60,408 bases of DNA from Clostridia bacterium. GTDB taxonomy: Bacteria; Bacillota; Clostridia; Oscillospirales; CAG-272. The notes below the pieces were generated by a model. It was not told the origin of the DNA, did no database searches, and saw only the letters and a list, made by a program, of their open reading frames with translations. Position numbers and translations under genes: made by a program. Positions 1 through 9,506 of the stretch are shown here, piece after piece (the stretch's first letter is position 1; each line of letters starts with the position of its first letter). The stretch lies in assembly GCA_017628755.1 (NCBI GenBank), contig JAGBYM010000159.1, forward strand, positions 1 through 60,408, given 5' to 3'.

Positions 1-31
1 AGGGGGACCGCGCTTGGCGCGGTGGATGAGG
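1..31. repeat. Edge-truncated copy of a GC-rich structured (REP/MITE-like) repeat
   Basis: AGGGGGACCGCGC-TTG-GCGCGGTGGA matches GGGGTACCGCGC-GAAG-GCGTGGTGGA at 10990-11015. The stem ACCGCGC/GCGYGGT is kept while the loop differs. It lies just 3' of the phosphatase gene. Confidence 0.45.
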
Positions 32-85
32 ATGTCAAAATATTATAATGATCAATGATGATTATCAGATAATTCCAATAAAAAA

Positions 86-856
86 CTATACAAGATACGC
101 CTCGCGGAGGCGGAATATTTCGTCGTCGGAAAGCTGAAGACCGTTGCGAAGGAAGCCTTCGGTGCCGCCCCAGACGCGGTCGATCTCGTCGAATGCGGCG
201 CGCATAAAGTCGCGGCGCGAGGAGAGAAGAAGGTTGAGGTTATGCGCCTTGCGGACACTGAATGTGACCAGTATGACGCCAAGGTAGATCCAGAAATTCT
301 TGAATCGGCAGGAGCGGTTGGTCTTCATATAATCGCGCATGATCGCGTCGCGGTCAACTCCGAGCGCAAGCAGAATAGCCGCCGCGACAACGCCTGTGCG
401 GTCCTTGCCCTGAGTACAATGCCAAAGCACCGCGCCGTCGTCCTCGAGAAGAACGTCAAAAAATTCGCGGAGAGCCTCAAGAGAGGGCTCGGATGATATC
501 ATAGTGCGGTAGGTGTCGGAGAGATAGGTGCGCGCGCCTCCCTCGACCTTCATGATCTTTTTGAGGATCGAAGGACCCGTTTCGCGTGTAACCGCGGGGT
601 TCTGTTCGTCGGTCAGCGGAGGGATGTGGAGATAATCAACGCCCTCGGGAACTATATCGCGCTTATGCGCAAGCTCTGCGGGTGCGCGGAGGTCGATGAC
701 GGTGCGCAGACTCTTGCGGTCGCGCAGTTTTTCTGCGGTCTCGGGTTTGATCTTGCCGAGATGTCCGCTTCTGTAAAGCTTGCCGTAACGTACTGTCTTG
801 CCGTCCGCCGCGGGAATACCGCCCAGATCGCGCAGATTTTTGACTCGTCTTGCCAT
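86..856 (-). CDS. Protein-tyrosine phosphatase (Y_phosphatase3-type, CX5R active site)
   Basis: 256-aa ORF with catalytic loop HCTQGKDRTG (Cys-X5-Arg). No signal peptide. RBS-like GGAGGA lies upstream of the ATG. Confidence 0.85.
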   Translation of the reverse strand: MARRVKNLRDLGGIPAADGKTVRYGKLYRSGHLGKIKPETAEKLRDRKSLRTVIDLRAPAELAHKRDIVPEGVDYLHIPPLTDEQNPAVTRETGPSILKKIMKVEGGARTYLSDTYRTMISSEPSLEALREFFDVLLEDDGAVLWHCTQGKDRTGVVAAAILLALGVDRDAIMRDYMKTNRSCRFKNFWIYLGVILVTFSVRKAHNLNLLLSSRRDFMRAAFDEIDRVWGGTEGFLRNGLQLSDDEIFRLREAYLV

Positions 857-955
857 ATCGTCCTCCTTTAGATTTTGTAAAATATATTATATCATAAAAA
901 TTCCCCGTTGTCTACCGATTTATGCACTTTTAAGTTAAAATATTATTGATGATCA

Positions 956-984
956 TTGACTTTTTTGAGTGATTGTGATAAAAT
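956..984 (+). promoter_or_regulatory. Sigma-A type promoter for the MATE gene
   Basis: TTGACT (956-961), 17-nt spacer, TGaTAAAAT extended -10 (976-984). The implied TSS lies downstream of the 969 ORF start, which supports the ATG at 1014. Confidence 0.5.
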
Positions 985-1013
985 ACTATTTACATCGCAA
1001 AAGAGGTGGAAAT

Positions 1014-2372
1014 ATGAACAACAAAGAGATCCTGGGCACTGCTCCCGTGGGCAGATTGCTTTTCAAATTAGCTGTTCCGACTGTGGCGGCACAGCTGATA
1101 AATATGCTTTACAATATCGTTGACCGAATTTTTATCGGCCATATTCCCGAGATCGGCGATCTCGCTCTGACGGGTGTTGGCATTTGCATGCCGATAATTA
1201 TGGTCGTTTCGGCGGTTGCCGCGCTTGTCGGCTCGGGCGGCGCGCCGCGCGCATCAATAGCAATGGGCGAGGGCAAGAATGACAATGCGGAGAAGATCCT
1301 CGGCAACTGTTTTGCGCTGCAGATCGGTATCTCTGTTATCCTGACCGCAATTCTGCTGATCTTCAACCGCCCGCTGCTTCTTGCTTTCGGCGCGAGCGAA
1401 AACACGATCGAATACGCCTGCGACTATATGAATATCTACGCGCTCGGCACGATCTTTGTTCAGCTGACGCTTGGAATGAACGCCTTTGTAACGGCGCAAG
1501 GATATTCAAAGATCGCTATGATCTCGGTCGTCCTCGGCGCGGTTGCGAATATCTCGCTTGATCCGCTCTTTATTAATGTTTTCGGTATGGGAGTCCGCGG
1601 TGCGGCACTTGCAACCGTTATCTCGCAATCGGTTTCTACTGCATGGGTCGTCTGCTTCCTTTTTTCAAAAAAAGCACGTCTGAAGCTGAAGGTGTCAAAT
1701 ATGAAGCTTTCGGCAAAGGTGATCCTTCCCTGTATCGGACTTGGACTTGCACCCTTTATGATGCAGGCAAGCGAGAGCGTGATCTCGGTCTGCTTTAATT
1801 CCTCGCTCCTCGAATACGGAGGGGATATTGCCGTCGGCGCAATGACGATACTGTCAAGCGTGATGCAGTTTGCGATGCTCCCTATGAACGGCATTGCGCA
1901 GGGTGCACAGCCGATACTCAGCTATAATTACGGCGCGCGCGATCCGGGAAGAGTTAAGAGAACCTTCCGTCTGCTTCTGATATCCTGCCTTACCTACTCC
2001 GTTCTTCTTTGGTGCGTGATAATGATCTTCCCGAAGTTCTTGCCATCTATATTCACGCCCGATGCGGCATTGGTCGAGTTCACCGCGGGTGTTATCCGCA
2101 TCTATTTCGGCGGACTCATCATCTTCGGCGCGCAGATCGCATGCCAGATGACTTTCGTTTCGCTCGGAAAGGCACTTTCGTCCGTGACCGTGGCGGTGGT
2201 GCGCAAGTTCGTGCTGCTATTGCCGCTGATCTATATCGTTCCCGCCTTTACTGAAAATAAGACGGTCGGCGTTTATACCGCCGAGCCGATAGCGGATATC
2301 ATAGCCGTTACCTTCACCGTGATCCTTTTCGCCTTCCAATTCAAAAAGGCAATGAAGAAGATTGAAGATTAA
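1014..2372 (+). CDS. MATE family efflux transporter
   Basis: 452 aa from the ATG at 1014, preceded by AGAGGTGGA. Polytopic (about 12 TM). N-terminus LLFKLAVPTVAAQLINMLYNIVDRIFIGH is typical of MatE-domain proteins. Confidence 0.9.
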   Translation: MNNKEILGTAPVGRLLFKLAVPTVAAQLINMLYNIVDRIFIGHIPEIGDLALTGVGICMPIIMVVSAVAALVGSGGAPRASIAMGEGKNDNAEKILGNCFALQIGISVILTAILLIFNRPLLLAFGASENTIEYACDYMNIYALGTIFVQLTLGMNAFVTAQGYSKIAMISVVLGAVANISLDPLFINVFGMGVRGAALATVISQSVSTAWVVCFLFSKKARLKLKVSNMKLSAKVILPCIGLGLAPFMMQASESVISVCFNSSLLEYGGDIAVGAMTILSSVMQFAMLPMNGIAQGAQPILSYNYGARDPGRVKRTFRLLLISCLTYSVLLWCVIMIFPKFLPSIFTPDAALVEFTAGVIRIYFGGLIIFGAQIACQMTFVSLGKALSSVTVAVVRKFVLLLPLIYIVPAFTENKTVGVYTAEPIADIIAVTFTVILFAFQFKKAMKKIED

Positions 2373-2375
2373 TAT

Positions 2376-2403
2376 AAAAGGAGCCCTTGCGGCTCCTTTT
2401 ATA
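2376..2403 (+). terminator. Rho-independent terminator
   Basis: GGAGCC-cttgc-GGCTCC hairpin followed by TTTTAT, directly after the MATE stop codon. Confidence 0.6.
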
Positions 2404-2451
2404 ATTATTAATAAATTTATGGTGAGGTCACTCTTTCGTCAAAGTTCGCGG

Positions 2452-2480
2452 TTGACATTCGCGCGTACAAATGATATAAT
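2452..2480 (+). promoter_or_regulatory. Sigma-A type promoter for the DUF1538/P-II operon
   Basis: TTGACA (2452-2457), 17-nt spacer, TGaTATAAT (2472-2480). Confidence 0.5.
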
Positions 2481-2549
2481 ATAATAGGAAGGAAACTTTC
2501 AATAACAGTGTAGGAGGACAGTAAAATCAAACCGCAAAACAGATTCGCC

Positions 2550-4043
2550 GTGTTTGGCGAAAAGATCAAAGAGTCGGCAATTTCCGTGTTGCCGATAGTA
2601 GTCATAGTCGCCCTTCTATGTCTTCTCATTACTCCGATACAGCCGAGCTTGCTCGTTGCTTTCCTGATCGGAACGCTCATGATCATCGTGGGCATGGGAC
2701 TTTTCACTCAGGGAGCGGAGACCTCGATGACGGTTATAGGAAACCGTATCGGTGCCTCGCTTACCAAATCAAAAAAGCTTTGGCTGATACTTCTTGTCAG
2801 CTTTCTTCTCGGACTTGCGGTCACGATCTCCGAGCCCGATCTTCAGGTGCTCGCCGAGACGGTGCCCCATATCGACAATATGGTGCTTATCGTTACCGTC
2901 GGTATCGGCGTCGGATTCTTTCTGACGATCTGTATGCTCCGAATCTTCCTTGGAATCAAGCTGCGTTGGCTGCTTTTGGGATTTTATATTCTTGTATTCG
3001 TTCTTGCCGCGCTTGCGGATAAGAATTATCTCTGCATCGCGTTTGATGCGGGCGGAGTTACCACGGGACCGATGACGGTTCCCTTCATCCTCGCGCTCGG
3101 CGTCGGTGTTGCAAATATGCGTTCCGACCGCGATGCTGGAAGCGACAGCTTCGGACTTGTCGCGCTCTGCTCGATTGGACCGATCCTCTTCGTCCTCATC
3201 CTCGGGTTCCTCTATCCGAATGCCGACGGCGTAACAAGTGTTACGACGGTTGACTGGTCTAGCACGACCGAGATCGGTATGGCTTATATCCATGCGATAC
3301 CGCATTATCTGCTCGAGACCGCGATGGCGCTTCTGCCCATCGTTGCGATCTTCCTCGTCTTTCAGTTCTTTGTGCTGAAGATGCAGGCTCGCCCCTTCTT
3401 CAAGATCTGTTGGGGTATTCTCTTTACATACGCAGGACTCGTCCTCTTCCTTACGGGCGTAAACGTCGGATTTTCCTCGCTCGGTGCGGTTCTCGGCGAA
3501 GCGCTTTATGACGGTTGGACGAAATACCTCTTGATCCCGCTTGCAATGTGCCTCGGATGGTTTATTATTTCCGCCGAGCCCGCGGTGTACGTCCTTGAAA
3601 AGCAGATTGAAAGTGTTTCCTCGGGCGCGATCCCGGGTAAAGCGATCAAGTACAGCCTTTCTATCGCGATAGCGATTGCAATGGGAATTGCTATGCTCCG
3701 CGTTATTACGGGAATTTCGATCATGTGGTTCGTCGTTCCCGGCTACGCCATCGCGCTGATTTTGACCTTCTTCGTTCCCGATATCTATACGGCGATAGCC
3801 TTCGACTCGGGCGGAGTTGCATCGGGACCTATGACGGCGACCTTTATGCTCCAGTTCCTTATCGGAGTCTGCACGGCGGCGGGCGGTAACGTACTGACCG
3901 ATGCCTTTGGTATTGTTGCGACGGTAGCAATGATGCCGCTGATTTCGATCCAGATTGTTGGCTTCATCTACGGACGTAAGCAGCATACCGAAACCGTCAC
4001 CGAAACGGTTGCGGACGACGAGATCATCGAGCTTTGGGGGTAA
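2550..4043 (+). CDS. DUF1538-family polytopic membrane protein (internally duplicated)
   Basis: 497 aa with a GTG start. Two homologous halves each carry FD(A/S)GGV(T/A)(T/S)GPMT, at nt 3039-3077 and 3798-3836. Family assignment is from memory of DUF1538 sequences and of their conserved pairing with P-II-like genes. Confidence 0.75.
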   Translation: MFGEKIKESAISVLPIVVIVALLCLLITPIQPSLLVAFLIGTLMIIVGMGLFTQGAETSMTVIGNRIGASLTKSKKLWLILLVSFLLGLAVTISEPDLQVLAETVPHIDNMVLIVTVGIGVGFFLTICMLRIFLGIKLRWLLLGFYILVFVLAALADKNYLCIAFDAGGVTTGPMTVPFILALGVGVANMRSDRDAGSDSFGLVALCSIGPILFVLILGFLYPNADGVTSVTTVDWSSTTEIGMAYIHAIPHYLLETAMALLPIVAIFLVFQFFVLKMQARPFFKICWGILFTYAGLVLFLTGVNVGFSSLGAVLGEALYDGWTKYLLIPLAMCLGWFIISAEPAVYVLEKQIESVSSGAIPGKAIKYSLSIAIAIAMGIAMLRVITGISIMWFVVPGYAIALILTFFVPDIYTAIAFDSGGVASGPMTATFMLQFLIGVCTAAGGNVLTDAFGIVATVAMMPLISIQIVGFIYGRKQHTETVTETVADDEIIELWG

Positions 4044-4048
4044 AAGAT

Positions 4049-4711
4049 ATGAATTTTGTAATTTCTATAGTTAATCCCGGCATGGCGCCGCGTATGAATG
4101 CGATCGCGGGGGCGCTTGAAATGCCCTTGTCGATAGAGCTTCTCGGCAGAGGCACGGCGACGAAAAGCATGCTCGATCTGCTCGGACTGAGCACTCATGA
4201 ATACCATATCATTATGACGATAGCTGACCGTGAGCGCACGGCGAAGCTGATCGACGAAGCAAGGCGCAATCTTTATATCGACGCGCCGGGTCAGGGTATC
4301 ATTGTTGCGACCCCGATCAAAAGTGTAGGAGGAGGTAAGACCTTGGCTAATCTTAACGGAGGCAGACCCACAGAGGGCGCGCCCGATATCAATTATAATT
4401 ACGAGATAGTTCTCGTTATCGCAAACGAGGGACATACCGACACCGTCATGGATGCCGCGCGCGAGGCGGGTGCCCGAGGCGGAACAGTCCTTCACGGTAA
4501 AGGAACGGGATCGAAGGATGCCGCAAAATTCTTCGGCGTTTCGATTGCAAGCGAGAAGGAAGTCATCATGATAGTTGCCAAAGCAAGCGAAGAGGCGGCT
4601 ATTATGAAATCCATCATCGACAAGGCAGGCACCCAGACCGATGCCGGCGCGGTGGTAATGTCGCTCCCCGTCAGCGCGATCGCGGGATTCGGGATGATTG
4701 ATAATAATTAA
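4049..4711 (+). CDS. Tandem P-II (GlnB-like) domain protein
   Basis: 220 aa from the ATG at 4049 (GGGGG RBS). Two roughly 100-aa halves with a P-II-like beta-alpha-beta pattern: IVNPG...LLGRGTA and IANEGHTDTVMDAAREAGARGGTVLHGKGTG. Nearly abuts the DUF1538 stop codon. Confidence 0.7.
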   Translation: MNFVISIVNPGMAPRMNAIAGALEMPLSIELLGRGTATKSMLDLLGLSTHEYHIIMTIADRERTAKLIDEARRNLYIDAPGQGIIVATPIKSVGGGKTLANLNGGRPTEGAPDINYNYEIVLVIANEGHTDTVMDAAREAGARGGTVLHGKGTGSKDAAKFFGVSIASEKEVIMIVAKASEEAAIMKSIIDKAGTQTDAGAVVMSLPVSAIAGFGMIDNN

Positions 4712-4754
4712 AAAACGACCGCTTCATCAATTTGATGAAGCGGTCTGTGTTTTA
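4710..4754. terminator. Bidirectional terminator between convergent genes
   Basis: GACCGCTTCATCAA/TTGATGAAGCGGTC hairpin flanked by an A-run (5') and TGTGTTTT (3'). Confidence 0.6.
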
Positions 4755-6188
4755 ACACTTCTTCATAAGTCTGATATAAAATTCATTCGATCTTGCGAGG
4801 GCGTCGAGGCGGATTTTTTCGTTATTGCCGTGGATGGTTGCGCGTTCTTCGCTTGAAAGGTCCATTGCCGAGAAGCGGTAAACGCGGTCGGAAATGCGTC
4901 CCCAATGGCGCGAGTCGGAGCACTGAACCATCAGATATGGTGCAACGATGCAACCCTTCCATGTCGATGCCACGGCTGAAGCCACTTTGTCCCATCCCTC
5001 GCAATCGGTGCGCGAGATGCGGGAGGGGTTCATGCCGTGCATACAAGTGACCTCAACGCGCTCGTCGTCAACGGTTTTCTTGATATACTCAAGTGCCGAT
5101 TCCATATCGTCGGCGGGGTTGAGACGGATATTCGAGACGAGGGAAGCCTCGGGCGGAATGACGTTGGTTGCGGACGAGCCCTGTGCCTGAGTGAAAGCAA
5201 CGGTTGTGCGCATCAGGGCGTTCATCTCGCCGCCGCCCGACTTGCAGATCATGTCGAGGACGGTGAGAAAAAGCTTGATATTCGAGAAGATGATCTTGTA
5301 AACAAAGGTCGAGTATCTGCCCAGAGTGTCGAACATCTCTGCGGCAGGCGCGGTCAGCTTCAGCTTGAAGGGATTTTCAATCATTCTGCGGCAAGCCGAA
5401 GCAAGTCTGTCGATCGGTGCGCCCGGCTTGGGTGCAGATGCGTGACCGCCCTGCGATTTTACGGTATATTTGACGTCCATCATACCTTTTTCTGCGATGC
5501 CTATCAAACCGCAAGGAGCTTTGACACCGGGGAATACGTTTTCAACGACCGCACCGCCCTCGTCGATGACGAATGCGGGCTCGATGCCTTTTTCTTCAAA
5601 GTAGTCAACGATTCGGGCCGCGCCCATGCCGTTGACCTCTTCACCGCCCGAAAATGCGAAATAAATATCGTTTTCGGGCACAAATCCTTCCGAAATGAGG
5701 TGGTCGGCGGCAAAAAGGATCGAGGAGAAGGTAACTTTTGTATCAAGAGTTCCGCGACCCCAGATGCAACCGTCCTTTACGATCGCGTCGAATGCGGGAA
5801 CGTCCCAGAGGTCCTCGTTGACGGGAACAACGTCGTAGTGCGCCATCATAACCGCGGGCGCGGAGTCGCTCTTGCCACGAAAACGGAAGAGAAGTCCGCG
5901 GTCGGGGAGGCGGGTGAACTCGCAAACTCGATTTACGTTCGGGTAGAGAGAGGGAAGAAGCGCGATCAGTTTTTCGAATTCCGCGTCGTCCTCAAGAGAG
6001 GGATCGCGGTAGGAGACCGTCTTGCATTTTACAAGCTCGCACAGTGCCTGTGCGGCTTTTTCTTTATCGAATTCGATCGTCTCGGTGTCGGTCTCGGGCT
6101 GTGCCTTCGGCTTGAAGGCGCATGCGCGGAGAATCAGCACGGCGAGAAAGATAACGATTGCCGCAGGAATCAGGAGAAGTGCCCACAT
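4752..6188 (-). CDS. Membrane-anchored M20/M25/M40 family metallopeptidase
   Basis: 478 aa. N-terminal TM helix MWALLLIPAAIVIFLAVLIL. Motifs MMAHYDVVP, WGRGTLDTK and GGEEVNG are typical of M20 zinc peptidases. Confidence 0.85.
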   Translation of the reverse strand: MWALLLIPAAIVIFLAVLILRACAFKPKAQPETDTETIEFDKEKAAQALCELVKCKTVSYRDPSLEDDAEFEKLIALLPSLYPNVNRVCEFTRLPDRGLLFRFRGKSDSAPAVMMAHYDVVPVNEDLWDVPAFDAIVKDGCIWGRGTLDTKVTFSSILFAADHLISEGFVPENDIYFAFSGGEEVNGMGAARIVDYFEEKGIEPAFVIDEGGAVVENVFPGVKAPCGLIGIAEKGMMDVKYTVKSQGGHASAPKPGAPIDRLASACRRMIENPFKLKLTAPAAEMFDTLGRYSTFVYKIIFSNIKLFLTVLDMICKSGGGEMNALMRTTVAFTQAQGSSATNVIPPEASLVSNIRLNPADDMESALEYIKKTVDDERVEVTCMHGMNPSRISRTDCEGWDKVASAVASTWKGCIVAPYLMVQCSDSRHWGRISDRVYRFSAMDLSSEERATIHGNNEKIRLDALARSNEFYIRLMKKC

Positions 6189-6189
6189 A

Positions 6190-6858
6190 TCAGAGTGCCC
6201 CCTTCTTGTAGAGGATGCGCGCGTAGATTACGGTGCAGAGAACGCCGACGGGGACCATGATTCCGACAGTCGAGGCATTGAGCGCGGGAACGAAGATGAA
6301 GAGGATGAGCATCAGGATGATGGGCGCGATCGAGAGCTTGAGGTTCTTCGAGATGAAAACTACCGCTAGACCGCCGAAGAGCGCGGGAAGGATCATATCG
6401 AATGCGGGAACGAGAACGGGGGATTCGAGCACGGGCGTCAGGGGCACGATGCAGATAACGCCGATGACGATGATGAGGGTGGTGACGATCGAGGAAACCG
6501 CGATCGCGATGGTGGAAATGACCTCGCCTTCCTCGTCGGAAGCCTTAACGCCGGCGCGTTCCATCGCGTCGATGGCGCAGGGGAGCTTGAGGTTCGAGAT
6601 ATTTCCCGTGACGAAGGAGAGGTACGTGCCTCCCGCGCCGAGCATGGGAACGTAGGTGAAGATCTCAACGATTCCGACCGCCCAGTACATGGGAGCCGTC
6701 GCGAAAATACCCTTGAGAAGCACGCCGAAATCGGGCATAGTTCCGAAGATCAGCGAGAGCGAAACGGGGAAGAGGAAGAGCACGCATGCAACCGCAATGC
6801 CCCAGATGCGTCCGTCCTTATGAACGCGATCCATATATGAAAGGTTGGTATTCTTCAT
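6190..6858 (-). CDS. Polytopic membrane protein, function unknown
   Basis: 222 aa, about 6 TM. There is a 1-nt gap to the M20 gene and a 4-nt gap to the upstream membrane gene, so it is part of an operon. Confidence 0.6.
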   Translation of the reverse strand: MKNTNLSYMDRVHKDGRIWGIAVACVLFLFPVSLSLIFGTMPDFGVLLKGIFATAPMYWAVGIVEIFTYVPMLGAGGTYLSFVTGNISNLKLPCAIDAMERAGVKASDEEGEVISTIAIAVSSIVTTLIIVIGVICIVPLTPVLESPVLVPAFDMILPALFGGLAVVFISKNLKLSIAPIILMLILFIFVPALNASTVGIMVPVGVLCTVIYARILYKKGAL

Positions 6859-6862
6859 AATT

Positions 6863-7597
6863 TTAACCTCCTAAAAGCATGGTGAAGGGGATCGCCGAAG
6901 CCATTCCCGCAATAAGGCTCATCGGCAGAGCATAGTCGGTCAGCCAACGGATTTTACATTTTGTTGCAATCGTACCGCAGATCGCCATAACGACAGCAGA
7001 CGTTGCCATAACGCAAACGGGGATGAGTCCCGAGGTGTCGCCCTTAAAGACGAGACCAACGTCGCAGAAAACGTAACCGAGGAAAGCCGAGATCATGCCG
7101 AGGAACATGGCGTTGTTGAAGATCTCGCCCCATTTTTTGTCCTTCATGCCGACCTTTGCAAGTCCGCTCTGGAGCTTCTTTGTGACGAAGGGAACGAGGA
7201 TGAGACCCGCCGCGATACCGACGGTCATAACCCACGCGATGGGTATGTAGATCGAGGGATCGGTAACGGTCGTGCCCGCGCTCATGTTTGCCGCTTCAAG
7301 CGCATTGCCCGCGGCGACGGTCTCGTAAGTGATCGAGCCGATTACCGAAAGGCGAAGCCAGGGGAGCGGAACTCCAAGGCTCTTTGAGAGGGCGACAACA
7401 CCGATCAGCACCGCAACTGCGGGCGCGATGGTGAAGATGGCGGCAGAGATCACGGTTTTCTTGATATGAGCACCGAGACCGAGCTCCTTCGCGCGCTTGA
7501 TCGCACGGGCGAGAAAGTACACCGACTGCGCGAGTACAACAGAGATTATCGCGCCGACGATGACGAAGAGAAGCGGATGATTTACGTTAAAGGTCAT
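6863..7597 (-). CDS. Polytopic membrane protein (resembles DUF5058-type, from memory)
   Basis: 244 aa, multi-TM. Its start overlaps the PAP2 stop by 4 nt. Confidence 0.6.
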   Translation of the reverse strand: MTFNVNHPLLFVIVGAIISVVLAQSVYFLARAIKRAKELGLGAHIKKTVISAAIFTIAPAVAVLIGVVALSKSLGVPLPWLRLSVIGSITYETVAAGNALEAANMSAGTTVTDPSIYIPIAWVMTVGIAAGLILVPFVTKKLQSGLAKVGMKDKKWGEIFNNAMFLGMISAFLGYVFCDVGLVFKGDTSGLIPVCVMATSAVVMAICGTIATKCKIRWLTDYALPMSLIAGMASAIPFTMLLGG

Positions 7598-8529
7598 TCC
7601 TTTTTACCTCCGATTTTTGCAAAATATTTAAATGTGATAGGCCAAATTGAGCCTGCCATAACGACCATTAAGAAGTAACGGAGCATTCTTGCCCATGTGT
7701 TTGCGGGCAGAAAAGACTCGAATGGTGCGCGCAGAAGCTCTTTTACGGCAAGAACGAGTGCGAGTCCGCCGACGATCTTGATCAGCTGAACCCACCAGAC
7801 CGCTTTCGTCTCAAACTTCAGCCAACGCAGATCGACGGTGTAAACAACGAGGAATCCGAGCATGCAGCCCGTCAGCGTGTAGGCATTTTTGATAGCAGAA
7901 GTGTAGTTATGCACGTTGTCAACGTGGAAAACTTCCTCGGGGAAATTATAGAAATGCATGAAGCAGAGGTATGCAAGCATGATCGCGGTCAGCGAGAAGA
8001 GAAGTATGTACATCACCTTCGGCGACTTTTCCGCCTTTTCGAATATCGGCGCGAGCGCGAAGACGAGAACGAGTGCGATCACTATTGAAACTCCGACGTC
8101 GGCGGGAGTGTGGACGCCGAGGTACATTCTCGAGAGAGGGACGAGGACGCAGAGCGTGATCGACGCGATCCGCAGAGCGCGGTTTTTGAATTTCAGCGCA
8201 AGACCGCCGAAGAGTCCGACGGAAGTCTGCGTGTGCCCGCTCGGGAAGGAGTAGCCGCTTGCCGCCTCGCGCGCCGATTCAACGATCGTGAAATTCGGAT
8301 CCTTGACCCAAGGGCGCGGTATGCGGAAAAGCATTTTGAGGAACTGATTGATAACGGTGCCGACAAATCCGACGCAGAGCAGGTAATAGCCTTTTTGCTT
8401 GCTGATGCACCAGAAAACGATCATTCCGATAGCCATAAATACCGTCTCCTCACCGCAAAGAGTTACGGCTGAGAAGATAAAGTCGAGGATGGGGTTTCTT
8501 ATATCCTCGAGAAAATAGAGAAAGGACAT
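7594..8529 (-). CDS. PAP2-superfamily lipid phosphatase
   Basis: 311 aa. All three PAP2 motifs are present: KMLFRIPRP, PSGH and SRMYLGVHTPADV. Confidence 0.85.
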   Translation of the reverse strand: MSFLYFLEDIRNPILDFIFSAVTLCGEETVFMAIGMIVFWCISKQKGYYLLCVGFVGTVINQFLKMLFRIPRPWVKDPNFTIVESAREAASGYSFPSGHTQTSVGLFGGLALKFKNRALRIASITLCVLVPLSRMYLGVHTPADVGVSIVIALVLVFALAPIFEKAEKSPKVMYILLFSLTAIMLAYLCFMHFYNFPEEVFHVDNVHNYTSAIKNAYTLTGCMLGFLVVYTVDLRWLKFETKAVWWVQLIKIVGGLALVLAVKELLRAPFESFLPANTWARMLRYFLMVVMAGSIWPITFKYFAKIGGKKE

Positions 8530-8741
8530 TATATCACCTCCGGTTTTAAACTTGCCTTAATTATATCACGAAGGGAGTGAATTTGCAATGATTTTCTGAT
8601 AATTCAATAAAATTTGAAAAGCGCAGTTTAGTCGCGGACGACCGTTGCCGATAAAAATCAACAATAATTGACTTTATTACGGTTGAAATCTGTTTTAATA
8701 TATGATATAATTGTATTCAATAAAAACAAGGCGGTGGCAAA

Positions 8742-9497
8742 ATGACAGACGCAAAAACTTTGGCATATATCAATCTTCACGCCGTTCTCGGAAGCATTCC
8801 ATATCTTTGCGAGCTCGACGAACGCGCGCGTGATCTCATTAAAAATGAAAAAATTTCGCTCGGATTCCGAGTCAAGGGCGGGCCCTCGGGTGCTCTCTGC
8901 TTCGCGGACGGCAAAGCGTGGTTCACAGATGAATGTGACAGCTGTAATATTATTCTTTCCTTCTCGTCGCCCGAAAAATTCAACGGCATGATCGACGGAA
9001 CCGTCACTCCGATTCCCTCGAAGGGTCTCCTTAAGGTCGGATTCCTGCTGAAAAAGTTCATGCCCCTGACCGATATTCTGTCTTCCTATCTCCGCGCGGA
9101 GAAGGAGGCACTTGCCGATCCCGTTTTCTTCGAAAAGAGCACGGTGCTGATGTTCCATCTCATCGCCTCGGCGATCGCGCAGATCGGTAACGTTGATCCC
9201 GTGGGATGCGCGAGTGCGTCCTATATCGTTGACGGCAATATCAAGCTCGCGATCGGTGACGATCTTGCGCTCACTCTTGCCGCAAAGGATCACGTGCTCA
9301 CCGCGATCCATTCCGCGCCCGAAAGCTTTATGTCCTTTATGAAATTTGAAGATATCAAGCTCGCCCGCGCGCTCTTTGACGGTGAGGTCAACGCCGTTGC
9401 CGCTGTCGGCGAGGGCAAGGTCCGCATCGGCGGTATGATCTCGCAGGTCGATAACGTCAACCGCATTCTCGACCGCGTTGCACTCTATTTAGCGTGA
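8742..9497 (+). CDS. Hypothetical cytoplasmic protein
   Basis: 251-aa ORF with an RBS (AAGGCGG), apparently co-transcribed with the aminotransferase 10 nt downstream. I recognise no motif. Confidence 0.5.
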   Translation: MTDAKTLAYINLHAVLGSIPYLCELDERARDLIKNEKISLGFRVKGGPSGALCFADGKAWFTDECDSCNIILSFSSPEKFNGMIDGTVTPIPSKGLLKVGFLLKKFMPLTDILSSYLRAEKEALADPVFFEKSTVLMFHLIASAIAQIGNVDPVGCASASYIVDGNIKLAIGDDLALTLAAKDHVLTAIHSAPESFMSFMKFEDIKLARALFDGEVNAVAAVGEGKVRIGGMISQVDNVNRILDRVALYLA

Positions 9498-9506
9498 GGT
9501 GAAATT

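Noticed and set aside
40-960. Similar AT-rich words (TGATCAATGATGA near 50-65 and ATTGATGATCATTG near 944-958) flanking the phosphatase gene, as possible inverted repeats of a mobile cassette.
   Set aside because: The match is short, imperfect and low-complexity, and there are no other mobility signatures.
969-1013. N-terminal extensions in the ORF track: 969 for MATE, 4034 for P-II, 35025, 36823, 41266 for rpiB, 49094, 49672, 57012, 15835 and 39895.
   Set aside because: In each case an internal ATG is preceded by a good GGAGG-type RBS at proper spacing. For 969 the predicted promoter/TSS also lies downstream of the track start. The extensions encode atypical sequence before the signal peptide or conserved N-terminus.
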